Positions 9,763 to 19,284 of a stretch of DNA of 64,000 nucleotides are shown one piece after another. The position numbers were made by a program, and so were the translations under genes. Source of the DNA: Polyangiaceae bacterium (lineage in GTDB: Bacteria; Myxococcota_A; Polyangia; Polyangiales; Polyangiaceae). The DNA lies in contig JBNKBE010000002.1 of NCBI GenBank assembly GCA_050287085.1, positions 256,001 through 320,000 on the forward strand. Direction: 5' to 3'. Under the pieces are notes generated by a model that made no database searches, was not told the origin of the DNA, and saw only the letters and a list, made by a program, of their open reading frames with translations. The number at the start of each line of letters is the position of its first letter. Position 1 is the stretch's first letter.

Positions 9763-10296
9763 CTACTCGTTGCCGGGCAGGCGCTTCTTGCTGACCCCTT
9801 TGCGCTGCCTGAACGTCCGCCGCGTTTCAGTCGCACCAGGCGGCTTGGGTGCTGCAGTTGCGGGCGGCTTAGGCGTTGCCGTCGCGGGCGGCTTAGGCGC
9901 GGGCGGCTTAGGCGCGGCCGCCCCAGGCGGCTTGGGCGCTGCCGTCCCAGGCGGCTTGGGTGCCGGGGCGGGTTGTGGTGTTCCGTCTACAAGCCCCGCC
10001 TGCGTTTCTTCCTGGGGTGCGGCCGGGGCGGTGGCAGTTGGGGCTGCGCTTGCCGGATCCGAACGATCGGAGACATCCCCATCCGAGTCGCCTGGAGACG
10101 GGGAGGGCGTAGGTGCCTCCGGTGCACTACTTACCCCTTCGCTCGTGGGCGCTGCTGGGGCTTGCGTGAGCGCCTCGCGCGAGACCTCGGTCGTCTGCTC
10201 GGCGAGATCACAGCCGAACAATGATAGCGCTATCACTGTTGCGGTGAGCTCAGCTCTGCGAGCCCTTGGTGGCGGTGTTCTTGATTGCGTATTCAA
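9763..10296 (-). CDS. Pro/Ala-rich low-complexity lipoprotein with PKPP repeats and a basic tail
   Basis: AGGAGG RBS upstream of TTG 10296; lipobox SLFGC; (A/T)PKPP repeats. Confidence 0.65.
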   Translation of the reverse strand: MNTQSRTPPPRARRAELTATVIALSLFGCDLAEQTTEVSREALTQAPAAPTSEGVSSAPEAPTPSPSPGDSDGDVSDRSDPASAAPTATAPAAPQEETQAGLVDGTPQPAPAPKPPGTAAPKPPGAAAPKPPAPKPPATATPKPPATAAPKPPGATETRRTFRQRKGVSKKRLPGNE

Positions 10297-10415
10297 AACA
10301 GACCTCCTGCCGCTGGTGCGGGCGCTTGCATTCTGCGCTGAGCTAGGTCACGCGCGTGCTCCGTTCTACCTTGCTTGCGCTCGATCCTTCCCTTGTCAGG
10401 GCGGCTACTCGGTGC

Positions 10416-13088
10416 CTAGTCGTTGTCGTCCCCGTCTAGTGGGTCCGCGTCAGGCGTACCCTCCAGCGGGACGTCAGCACCCTCGTCTTCTGTACTGTGC
10501 TCGACACTCACGGAAACATCCCCCTCGACGGCTTCCAGCTCCGCATCATCGAGGCTGTCTTCGTTGTCTTCGTCGAGGGCCTCGATTGCGACGACGCGTT
10601 CGTCGGAGCCGACGTTCATGACTCGCACGCCCTGGGCGTTGCGACCGGTCTCGCGGATCTGTTCGACCTTCGTTCGAATCGTCTGCCCCCGGTCGGTCAC
10701 AAGCATTACGTCATCCGTTGGTCGTACCAGCGCGATCCCGATCACGGGGCCATTGCGCTCGCTGGTGCTGATCATGATGATCCCCTTGCCGCCGCGATTC
10801 TGGGAGCGGAACTCTTCCAGTAGCGTGCGCTTTCCGTAGCCGTTGGCGCAGACGGTGAGGACTTGTGGCCGCTCTGGGTCGGTGCATGCAAAGCCTACAA
10901 CTTCGTCATCGGCGTCGAGTTCGATGGCCTTGACTCCAACGGCTCCGCGGCCCATCGCGCGTACTTGCTGTTCATCGAAGCGAATGCTCTTGCCCTTGCG
11001 CGTAGCGATCAGGAATTCGCGCGAGCCATCCGTCACCGCTGCGGCGAGTAACTGGTCGTCGTCGGCGATCTTGACTCCGATGATGCCCTTCTCGCGGAAG
11101 TTCTGATAGTCCGTGATGGCCGTCTTCTTGATCTGTCCGCGCTTGGTCAGCGTCGTGACAAATAGCCCGTCATTGAATCCCTCTACCGGAGCGATAGCGC
11201 GTACGCGCTCGTCGGATTCGAGGCCGACGAAGTTGACAATCGCGCGCCCCTTGCCGTTTCGCGCGGCCTCCGGCACTTCGAATACCTTCTTGACGTATAC
11301 CTTGCCGCGGTCGCTGAAGAAGAACACGTAGCTGTGCGTGGAACAGACGAACAATTGCGAAACGAAGTCATCGGTGCGCGCGTCCATCCCGCGATTGCCT
11401 TTGCCGCCGCGCTTCTGGGCCTTGTACGTTGAGAGTGCCGTGCGCTTGATATACCCCTCATGGGATATGGTGACGGCCATCTGCTCTTCTTGAATCAGAT
11501 CTTCGATCTGGATCTCAGATTCGTCCTCGATGATCTCCGTGCGTCGCTTCTGGCCGTATTGTTCCCGCACCTTCACCAGCTCGTCGACGATCACCTGCAT
11601 CAGCAATGACTCGTCCGCCAAGATGGCTTGTAGGCGCGCGATCGTCTCGCACAATTCGCCGTATTCGGTGGCGAGCTTCTCCTGTTCGAGCCCGGTCAAA
11701 CGGCTCAGTCGCATCTCGAGAATGGCTTTGGCCTGACGCTCGCTCAGATGATAGTCGCCGCGCGCACGTGCCGCTTCGAGTTCGTGCTCGGGACGACCTG
11801 CGCGGCGAACGAAGTGCTCCAAGCCCCGGAGCGGCAACGCCATCAGGCGTTGGCGCGCTTCGTCTGTGTCACGCGACTCGCGAATCGTCTTGATGACGAT
11901 ATCCGTATCTGTCGTGACCATGCCGAGGCCTTCGACGATTTCTCGATGAGCTTCAGCCTTGTTGAGTTCAAAGCGAGTGCGCCGGCTGACGACTTCTCGT
12001 CGATGCTCGACGAAGAGCTCGAGGACCTCTTTGAGATTCAGCACGGCAGGTCGGCCGTTGACGATGCTGAGATTGATGACTCCAAACGTCGTTTGAATCT
12101 CCGTCATGGTGTAGAGCTGGTTGAGCACTACTTGCGGAAATACGTCCTTCTTCAGCTCCAGTACCAAGCGCATGCCATCGCGGTCGCTCTCGTCGCGGGC
12201 CTCTCGAATTCCTTCGATGCGCTTGTCACGGATAAGCTGTCCAATCTTGGCGTGCAGGCGTGCTTTGTTGACCTGGTACGGTAGCTCCGTAAAGACGATC
12301 TGTTCGCGGTCTTTGCTGCCCTTGACGGCTTCAATCTCCGATCTACCCCGCATGACGATGCTGCCACGCCCCGTCTTGTAGGCTCGGTAGATCCCAACCC
12401 GGCCACAGATATAACCGGCTGTTGGAAAGTCTGGACCCGGGATGTACTCCATCAGCTGCTCGATGCTCAGCTCCGGGTTCTCGATGAGCGCGATGGTGGC
12501 GGTCATCACCTCGGTCAGATTGTGGGGGGGCACATTGGTCGCCATCCCGACGGCGATGCCGCCCGAACCGTTCACCAGCAGGTTGGGATAGCGAGCGGGG
12601 AGCACCCGGGGCTCCTCGAGGGACTCGTCGAAGTTCGGGACGAAGTCTACCGTGTCCTTGTCGATGTCGGTGAGCAACTCGGCCGCGATGCGAGCCAAGC
12701 GAGACTCGGTGTAGCGGTAGGCAGCCGCTGGGTCGCCGTCGACGGACCCAAAGTTGCCTTGGCCGTCGATCAGCGGGTAGCGCATGCTGAAGTCTTGGGC
12801 CATGCGCACCAGCGCGTCGTAGACGCTGGCGTCGCCATGAGGGTGGTACTTCCCCAGGACCTCGCCGACGACAGTTGCGCACTTCTTGTAGGCGGAGCCG
12901 GCGTTCAGGTTGAGGTCCTTCATCGCGTACAGAATGCGGCGATGAACGGGCTTCAGACCGTCGCGGACATCGGGAATAGCTCGCCCGATGATCACGCTCA
13001 TGGCGTAGTCCAGGTAGGAGGTTTGCATTTCCTCCTGGATGCTGATGGGGAGTTCGTCTTGCGATTGAGTCGGGGTGTCGCTTGCCAT
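10416..13088 (-). CDS. gyrA: DNA gyrase subunit A
   Basis: [18 protein letters not shown], active-site AAYRYTE, GyrA-box QKRGGKG, long CTD and acidic tail. Confidence 0.97.
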   Translation of the reverse strand: MASDTPTQSQDELPISIQEEMQTSYLDYAMSVIIGRAIPDVRDGLKPVHRRILYAMKDLNLNAGSAYKKCATVVGEVLGKYHPHGDASVYDALVRMAQDFSMRYPLIDGQGNFGSVDGDPAAAYRYTESRLARIAAELLTDIDKDTVDFVPNFDESLEEPRVLPARYPNLLVNGSGGIAVGMATNVPPHNLTEVMTATIALIENPELSIEQLMEYIPGPDFPTAGYICGRVGIYRAYKTGRGSIVMRGRSEIEAVKGSKDREQIVFTELPYQVNKARLHAKIGQLIRDKRIEGIREARDESDRDGMRLVLELKKDVFPQVVLNQLYTMTEIQTTFGVINLSIVNGRPAVLNLKEVLELFVEHRREVVSRRTRFELNKAEAHREIVEGLGMVTTDTDIVIKTIRESRDTDEARQRLMALPLRGLEHFVRRAGRPEHELEAARARGDYHLSERQAKAILEMRLSRLTGLEQEKLATEYGELCETIARLQAILADESLLMQVIVDELVKVREQYGQKRRTEIIEDESEIQIEDLIQEEQMAVTISHEGYIKRTALSTYKAQKRGGKGNRGMDARTDDFVSQLFVCSTHSYVFFFSDRGKVYVKKVFEVPEAARNGKGRAIVNFVGLESDERVRAIAPVEGFNDGLFVTTLTKRGQIKKTAITDYQNFREKGIIGVKIADDDQLLAAAVTDGSREFLIATRKGKSIRFDEQQVRAMGRGAVGVKAIELDADDEVVGFACTDPERPQVLTVCANGYGKRTLLEEFRSQNRGGKGIIMISTSERNGPVIGIALVRPTDDVMLVTDRGQTIRTKVEQIRETGRNAQGVRVMNVGSDERVVAIEALDEDNEDSLDDAELEAVEGDVSVSVEHSTEDEGADVPLEGTPDADPLDGDDND

Positions 13089-13200
13089 GGTGCTGAGTTG
13101 CGTGGGCCTATCGAGGCGTTACGCGGCTCCCTTGGAGGGAGCTCCACTGAAAGAAGCTCGCCGCGAAGATCGGCGCTGGAGTGACGGGGGCTGCGTAGTT

Positions 13201-13285
13201 GGGATGCGCTGCGATGTTTGGGGGCGCTGCGCTGCTAGGGACGCTGCGATGTTTGGGACGCTGCGATGTTTGGGACGCCGCGATG
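13201..13285. repeat. Imperfect 17-bp tandem repeat GGGACGCTGCGATGTTT upstream of gyrA
   Basis: Perfect units at 13238 and 13255; degenerate copies near 13201 and 13272. Confidence 0.8.
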
Positions 13286-13505
13286 CCGTGGTGCTGAGGA
13301 TCAAAAGACGCTGCCGTATGCGGGCGCCAAAACCGGTGAGCTAGGGCAAGAGGCTTTCCGATAACTAATCGAAGGGCTCGCTCGACCCGCGGGGCGGGCG
13401 ACCGCGACGCGCATGGCAACCGCGATGCGCAGGCTGGCTGCTGCGCTCGATCGTCGGTGGGGGTGCGAACCATGGCCCCCCTGCGGCTCTTTTTTCGACC
13501 TCATC

Positions 13506-13547
13506 GTCTGTGACATCGGAATGATTGTCTGTGACATCGAAATGAAG
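13506..13547. promoter_or_regulatory. 21-bp direct repeat GTCTGTGACATCG(G/A)AATGA, possible transcription-factor site
   Basis: Two near-identical copies at 13506 and 13527 in the bamA-gyrA intergenic region. The regulatory role is inference. Confidence 0.35.
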
Positions 13548-13735
13548 CTCAAGAAGCTCCAACTCACCCGGCCGTTATACTGACTTGGCGCTGATTTGGC
13601 CCCAAAATAAACGTCAAAGCGGACGTTTCACGCACCGGTTTCACGGGCGAACGCTGAGTTTTAGCCCCTTTGGGTTGGCCCAGGAAGTCACCCCTTGCGC
13701 GCCACCGCTAGCACTGCAGCGGGGCAGCGAAGAAC

Positions 13736-16243
13736 CTAGAAGAAGTTCCCGATCGCAAACTCGAAACGGTAGAAGTCTTCCCCCGGAAGGCGGGTGAAGG
13801 GGTAGCCAAACTCGAAGCGTAGCGGCCCCATCGGAGAGAACCACCGAATCCCGTAGCCCCAGCTGGTCCGAATGTTGGTGAAGCCACCCGGGAAGTCGAA
13901 ACACGGCTTCTGGACGTCGACCTTGATTGCACCCTGCAGCGCCTGGCAGTAGCGGCTTTCCAGGTTCCAGGTGTTGCCGGCGTCGGTGAAGAACACCCCT
14001 CGAATATTGGCTTCCTGCATAATGGGAAACTCGAATTCGAGATTGTCGTAGAACATCATGTTGCCGCCAAAAGCGGCTCCACCCGGGGAGGAGGCGCTAT
14101 TGGGGTCGACGCGATCGGTGAGTGAAATACGTGGGCTGAGGCTTCGGTAGCGGAAGCCCCGAACGTCGTAGACGCCCCCGAGGAAGTAGCGGGCGAAAAT
14201 CGGAACGCCGTCCGGGTTTGGACTCGTGATCAGTCCGAACTCAGTGTTGAGCTTCAACACGATGCCGGCTCCAAGGGGATAGTAGAAGCGGCTTGTCAGG
14301 GTGTTGCGCCAGAACTCGGTAGTGGCTCCGATTTCGGACAAAGAGAGCTCGGTGGAGCCGCGAATGTAGATTCCCGAAGTTGGGAACAGGCGATTGTCAC
14401 GCGTATCGAGGGTGATCGTCGGCCTGAAGCTGGAGGTGACGCCGTCGTTGTACAAACTGCGAAGGGGCAGATAAACGAAGCCCGTTTGCACCGAAGGTAA
14501 GGTCGAGCCGATGAGGGCACGGCTGGTGTCCGTCGAAACGTTGATGCGTTCCAGCGTGTACGTCAGCGAGAGGGACAGCTCCGGCTGAATCAACGGATAG
14601 CCCCATGTTAGCGACCCGCCAAGCGTATCCTGCACGTACGAGATCAGGTATTGCTGCTGACTGTATAGTGAGGTCGAGAAGCGGAAGTTTGTATCGAGGA
14701 AGTAGGGCTCGTAGAGCGAGAAATTGACCTGAGAACGCAGGCCCGAGATCTGGGCATTGAGCGATGCGTTTTGCCCGTTGCCCATCCAGTTGGCTTCTTG
14801 GACTTGCGCCGTTGCGATCAGGTTTTCGATGCTCGAGAACCCGGCCCCGACCTGGAAGGTTCCGGTCGGCTTCTCGATGACTTCAACCTGAATGTCGATC
14901 CGGTCGGCACTGCTGCCAGGGCTCGTGGCGACGTCGACGCGCTCGAAGAACCCCAAGGCGGTGACCCGGCGTCGGGAGCGTTCGAGCAACGTTTCACTGA
15001 AGCGTTGCCCCTCCACAACTTCCATTTCGCGGCGGATCACTTTGTCGCGCGTCTTGGTGTTGCCACGGATCTCGATGCGGTCGAAGTACACCACCGGGCC
15101 CCGCCGAATTGGGACAACGACGTCGACCTCGTTGGTTTCCGGATCGAGCTTTACGTCGGGGTTCGCGTCGACGTTGGCGTAGCCCTCGTCCCGGTAGAGA
15201 GTCCGAACTTGATTGAGGTCGTCAAGCAGCGCCGCTCGATTGAAATAGTCCCCCGGCTGCGCCTTCACGAGGTTGCGCAAGGATTTGCGCCCCCCGATCG
15301 GCTCGATTTCTTTGCCGTCCGGGCCACGTTCCAAAATGCGAAACTGTCGCAGTTTGAACCTGGGGCCCTCGTCGACCGTAATCGACAACTCGATCCCGGT
15401 GCGATCCGGGGTGAGCATGACGCGCGGGGTGAAGATCTGAGCGGCGAGGTACCCTTGGTCGTAGTAGAGCGCGTTGATGACCGCGATATCGCGCTCAAAG
15501 GCATCTTGTCTAAACGGGCCGCCGCTTCCGAAGTTGAGAATGCTAGACTGGCCCGTGAACATCACCGCTCGCAGCTCGTCGTCGGGCACGTGATTGTTGC
15601 CGATGAACGAGATGCGGCGCACGCTGACTTGGCTGTGCTCGGTGATCTTGAATTCGACCGTGACCTCGTTGCTCTTCTCGGTCTTGATCGCGCTCTCGGC
15701 CTCGGCCAGGAAGTAGCCCTTCTCCGCGTACATGTCGCGGATCTTTTGGATACTGCGAGCTATGGCGGGGCGGCTCAGGATCGAATCCGCTTTGAGCTCG
15801 ATGGCTTCTTCCAGATCGTCGTCGTCGACTTCGTCATTGCCAACGAACTTCACCGCTTTGACGTTGGGGCGTTCCCGTACGATGAAACGCAAGGTCACGC
15901 CTTGGTCTCGTATTTCGAGGTCGACGCGGATGTCGTCAAAAAAGCCCGAACCCCACAGCTCTCGAACGTCCTGCGAGAGCGCGGCGGGAGCGAACTTCTG
16001 ACCCAGTCGCTCGCGCAGATAGCTGACGACGTCCTCCTTGCTGATCCGCCGATTGCCGTCCACGTCAATTCTGACGATCACGGCCCCGCGGGCGGCTTCG
16101 ATCACTTCCGGATCAGCGTCCTGGGAGGCGACTTCGGAGACGACTGTGTCGCCTTCCGCGGCCCAAGCGATCGGAGTCCACAACAGCAATAGCGTCAGGC
16201 ACAGTCCCCGCAGGCCGAGAGCCCAGCGCGGACGGGTCAGCAT
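13736..16243 (-). CDS. bamA: Outer membrane protein assembly factor BamA
   Basis: POTRA repeats (GNTKTRDKVIRRE), VRGF motif, WFSPMGPLRFEFGYP, C-terminal F. ATG 16243 precedes a signal peptide (ORF extends to 16378). Confidence 0.96.
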   Translation of the reverse strand: MLTRPRWALGLRGLCLTLLLLWTPIAWAAEGDTVVSEVASQDADPEVIEAARGAVIVRIDVDGNRRISKEDVVSYLRERLGQKFAPAALSQDVRELWGSGFFDDIRVDLEIRDQGVTLRFIVRERPNVKAVKFVGNDEVDDDDLEEAIELKADSILSRPAIARSIQKIRDMYAEKGYFLAEAESAIKTEKSNEVTVEFKITEHSQVSVRRISFIGNNHVPDDELRAVMFTGQSSILNFGSGGPFRQDAFERDIAVINALYYDQGYLAAQIFTPRVMLTPDRTGIELSITVDEGPRFKLRQFRILERGPDGKEIEPIGGRKSLRNLVKAQPGDYFNRAALLDDLNQVRTLYRDEGYANVDANPDVKLDPETNEVDVVVPIRRGPVVYFDRIEIRGNTKTRDKVIRREMEVVEGQRFSETLLERSRRRVTALGFFERVDVATSPGSSADRIDIQVEVIEKPTGTFQVGAGFSSIENLIATAQVQEANWMGNGQNASLNAQISGLRSQVNFSLYEPYFLDTNFRFSTSLYSQQQYLISYVQDTLGGSLTWGYPLIQPELSLSLTYTLERINVSTDTSRALIGSTLPSVQTGFVYLPLRSLYNDGVTSSFRPTITLDTRDNRLFPTSGIYIRGSTELSLSEIGATTEFWRNTLTSRFYYPLGAGIVLKLNTEFGLITSPNPDGVPIFARYFLGGVYDVRGFRYRSLSPRISLTDRVDPNSASSPGGAAFGGNMMFYDNLEFEFPIMQEANIRGVFFTDAGNTWNLESRYCQALQGAIKVDVQKPCFDFPGGFTNIRTSWGYGIRWFSPMGPLRFEFGYPFTRLPGEDFYRFEFAIGNFF

Positions 16244-16888
16244 TCCACTGGGAAGGTTGTGCTCGCGGGGCCCAGCGATGTGCCAGACGCGCGGACGAGC
16301 CAATCGAGCCATCCTGACTTGCACGTCACGCACGCTGGCGCGGGCCCGGTGGGTGGCTGTCAGGGGGCGAAATCTCATGGTGTGGGGTGTGCGGCGCCCT
16401 TTGCGGGAGGAAATGCGAAGAAGGGCCCCGCCGCCGGCTCACGTGAGCGATGGGGCATCGAATCATGGCCCGCGGACTGGTCTCGAAGGCCGGGGCGTAA
16501 GTAGCCCAGCGCGTTCCGTTTCACAAGCGTGACCGCCGCCATTTGTTCCTTGGTCCGAGAGCCGCATTCGCGGCGGAGTAGACAGCCTGACGCGCCGTGG
16601 ACGCCTCCCGGCGCGTCGGGTGGGCAGCCAGTCCCGAGCGCCCGCGGCGCTCGCCGCGCCTTTGGTTTGGCAACACCACTCCGCCGAAGAGCCAGCGTTT
16701 CGGGTCGTCAGCACCGCTGCTGGCCGCGCGGACGTCGTTTGGGGGGCCGGTTTGCGCGATTTATTGGCCGCGCGGGCACGGGGGGGTTACCGACCCGAAG
16801 AGCAGGCCCATGACCGGAAGTCCGCACCTTGCGGGTCCGGCAACGCGTCGACGCCACGGAGGCGGTTGACACAACAAGTGAGCAAGTC

Positions 16889-19267
16889 GTGGCGCAACGT
16901 CGCAAGAAGTCCCAGTTGAAACAAGAGCCAAGTGCGACTGTGCCCGAGCCGAAGGCATTGCACGAGCTCGCTCAAGAGCGGTACCTGAACTATGCGCTCA
17001 GCGTGATAACAAGTCGGGCGCTGCCCGACGTTCGCGATGGCCTGAAACCGGTGCAGCGCCGAATCCTCTACACCATGTGGCAGCAGCGGCTGACGTCGGA
17101 CGCCAAGCATCGCAAGTGTGCCAAGGTGGTGGGTGACGTGATGGGTAACTATCACCCCCACGGCGACTCGGCGATATACGATGCGTTGGTCCGGGTAGCT
17201 CAGCCTTTTGCGATGCGGGTGCCTTTGGTGGAAGGCTCTGGCAATTTCGGTTCGCTGGATGGGGACCGAGCCGCGGCGATGCGTTATACGGAGTGTCGTC
17301 TCGCGCCGGTGGCCAGCGAGATCCTGCGGGAACTATCTCAGGACACGGTCGACTTTCGTCCCAACTACGACGGAACGCGTGACGAGCCCGTGGTTCTGCC
17401 GTCGAAGGTGCCAACGCTGCTCATCAACGGCGCTTCCGGTATTGCCGTGGGAATGGCGACCAACATCCCGCCACACAACCCCGAGGAAGTCTGCGCGGCT
17501 GCAATTCGACTCCTGGATGCCTTGGTTGAGGATCGGGACCTTTCCACCCGGGAGCTCTGTCGCACTATCAAAGGACCCGACTTTCCAACGGGCGGAGTGG
17601 TGACCAACACCCAGAGTGAGCTCAAGACCATCTACGAGACGGGGTCTGGTAGCGTTAAGTTGCGCGGCACGTGGGAGCTTGGGGAGGAAGACCGAGCCGG
17701 CAAGCGTGTTCTCATCACCAGCGTTCCGTATTCCGTCAACAAGTCGCTGCTGGTGGACCGCATCGCGGATGTGGCCCTGTCCCGCAAGATGTCGCTGCTG
17801 GTCGACGTCAAGGATGTGTCGACGGACGATGTCCGCATAGAATTGCTGCTCAAGAAAGACGCAGATGAACAGAAGGTCATGGCCTACCTGTTCAAGAACA
17901 CACCTCTGCAGACCAATTTCAACGTCAACATGACGTGCCTTGTGCCCACCGAGAATCCGGAGGTGGGCCGTCCGGAGCGCCTGGACCTGCGGAGTATGCT
18001 CTGGCACTTCCTGCAGTTCCGCTTCGAGGTGACGACGCGGCGCTTGCAGCATGAGCTTGCCGCGTTGGAACGACGGATTCACATCCTCGAGGGATTCGAG
18101 GCTGTCTTTGACGCACTCGACGAAATCATCAAGATTATCCGATCGTCGGATGGCAAGGCGGACGCGGCCAAGAAGATCATGAAGCGTTTTGCCCTCGACG
18201 AGGAGCAGACGGACGCCATCCTGGAGTTGAAGCTCTACCGCCTTGCTCGGCTCGAGATTCTGGTCATTCAAGACGAACTCAAGGACAAGCGAAAGCGCGC
18301 CAAAGAGATCAACAAGCTACTCGGGGACAAAGGCGGGCCTGGGCGTTGGGCGTTGGTGCGCGCGGAGCTTGAGGAGGGCAAGAGTGGCTATGCCAGAGGC
18401 CCGCGCCGTACCTTGTTGCAAGCGGGGAGTGACGAGATCGAGTTCACGGCCGAAGAGCTCATCGTCGCTGAAGATTGCCACGTGCTGGTGACCACCGACG
18501 GTTGGGTCAAGCGGCAAAAAGAAGTGAAGGATCCGACTCAGACCCGGCTGCGGGAGGGTGACTCCGTGCTGACCTGTGTGGCGGGCTCGACGCGTTCCAC
18601 AATGGTGTTCTTCTCCAATTTTGGCACGGCGTACACCGCTCGCATCATCGATATTGCCGCCACAACCGGCTACGGCGAGCCCATCCAGAAGCTCTTCAAG
18701 CTCAAGGACGGCGAGGCGATCGTGGCTGCTTATTCGCTCGATTCGAGAGTGGTTGGGAGCATCGAAGAATACGAAGGCTATTTCCCCGCAACGTATGCGG
18801 TTTCGGTCACCGATGACGGCTATGCTCTCTGCTTCGGATTGGCGCCATTTGCCGAGCCCAGCACCAAAGCCGGACGCAAGTTTGCTCGCCCCAAGGGGGA
18901 GGCCAAGGTGCTTGGCGTAGAACTCACCGACGGGACAGAGACTCTGATTGCGGTCTCCCAGGTGCGGCGCGCGCTTGCTTGCGCTGCCGAGGAGGTCAAC
19001 TACCTTGCCAGCGCAGGGCGCGGCGTGCAGCTGATGAAGTTGGACGCTGGGGATCAGCTGGTTGGCTTTGGCGTGTTCAAGAGCGGAAGCGATGGGTTGG
19101 TCGTCAAGACGAGTTTGGGGGGAGAACAGAAGCTGACTCCTTCGAAGATCAGCAAGTCGGCCCGTGGCGGAAAGGGTCGGGAGATCATCAAGCGCGGTCG
19201 CTTCGTGAGTATCGAACGCGGACCTGTGTCGCCGCCGCTGCCTCTGGACGAAGAAGGTAGTGAATAG
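16889..19267 (+). CDS. parC: DNA topoisomerase IV subunit A (GyrA/ParC paralogue)
   Basis: [30 protein letters not shown]; no GyrA-box at the CTD start; shorter CTD. Start approximate (ORF from 16829). Confidence 0.88.
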   Translation: MAQRRKKSQLKQEPSATVPEPKALHELAQERYLNYALSVITSRALPDVRDGLKPVQRRILYTMWQQRLTSDAKHRKCAKVVGDVMGNYHPHGDSAIYDALVRVAQPFAMRVPLVEGSGNFGSLDGDRAAAMRYTECRLAPVASEILRELSQDTVDFRPNYDGTRDEPVVLPSKVPTLLINGASGIAVGMATNIPPHNPEEVCAAAIRLLDALVEDRDLSTRELCRTIKGPDFPTGGVVTNTQSELKTIYETGSGSVKLRGTWELGEEDRAGKRVLITSVPYSVNKSLLVDRIADVALSRKMSLLVDVKDVSTDDVRIELLLKKDADEQKVMAYLFKNTPLQTNFNVNMTCLVPTENPEVGRPERLDLRSMLWHFLQFRFEVTTRRLQHELAALERRIHILEGFEAVFDALDEIIKIIRSSDGKADAAKKIMKRFALDEEQTDAILELKLYRLARLEILVIQDELKDKRKRAKEINKLLGDKGGPGRWALVRAELEEGKSGYARGPRRTLLQAGSDEIEFTAEELIVAEDCHVLVTTDGWVKRQKEVKDPTQTRLREGDSVLTCVAGSTRSTMVFFSNFGTAYTARIIDIAATTGYGEPIQKLFKLKDGEAIVAAYSLDSRVVGSIEEYEGYFPATYAVSVTDDGYALCFGLAPFAEPSTKAGRKFARPKGEAKVLGVELTDGTETLIAVSQVRRALACAAEEVNYLASAGRGVQLMKLDAGDQLVGFGVFKSGSDGLVVKTSLGGEQKLTPSKISKSARGGKGREIIKRGRFVSIERGPVSPPLPLDEEGSE

Positions 19268-19284
19268 CTCGGCGAGGTGAACTT

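Noticed and set aside
9479..10621. 380-aa plus-strand Gly/Ala-rich ORF with AVHRS repeats
   Set aside because: It is a shadow of the Pro-rich lipoprotein (which has an RBS and lipobox) and overlaps gyrA.
13365..13562. 65-aa ORF upstream of gyrA
   Set aside because: TTG start without a clear RBS, and no recognisable motif beyond the DNA repeat.
13625..13652. GTTTCACG half-sites as parS
   Set aside because: The palindromic second half of the 16-bp parS site is missing.
14771..16192. Long antisense ORFs (also 17333-18271, 19789-20955, 41983-42798, 63201-63965)
   Set aside because: These are typical GC-rich shadow frames opposite well-supported genes.
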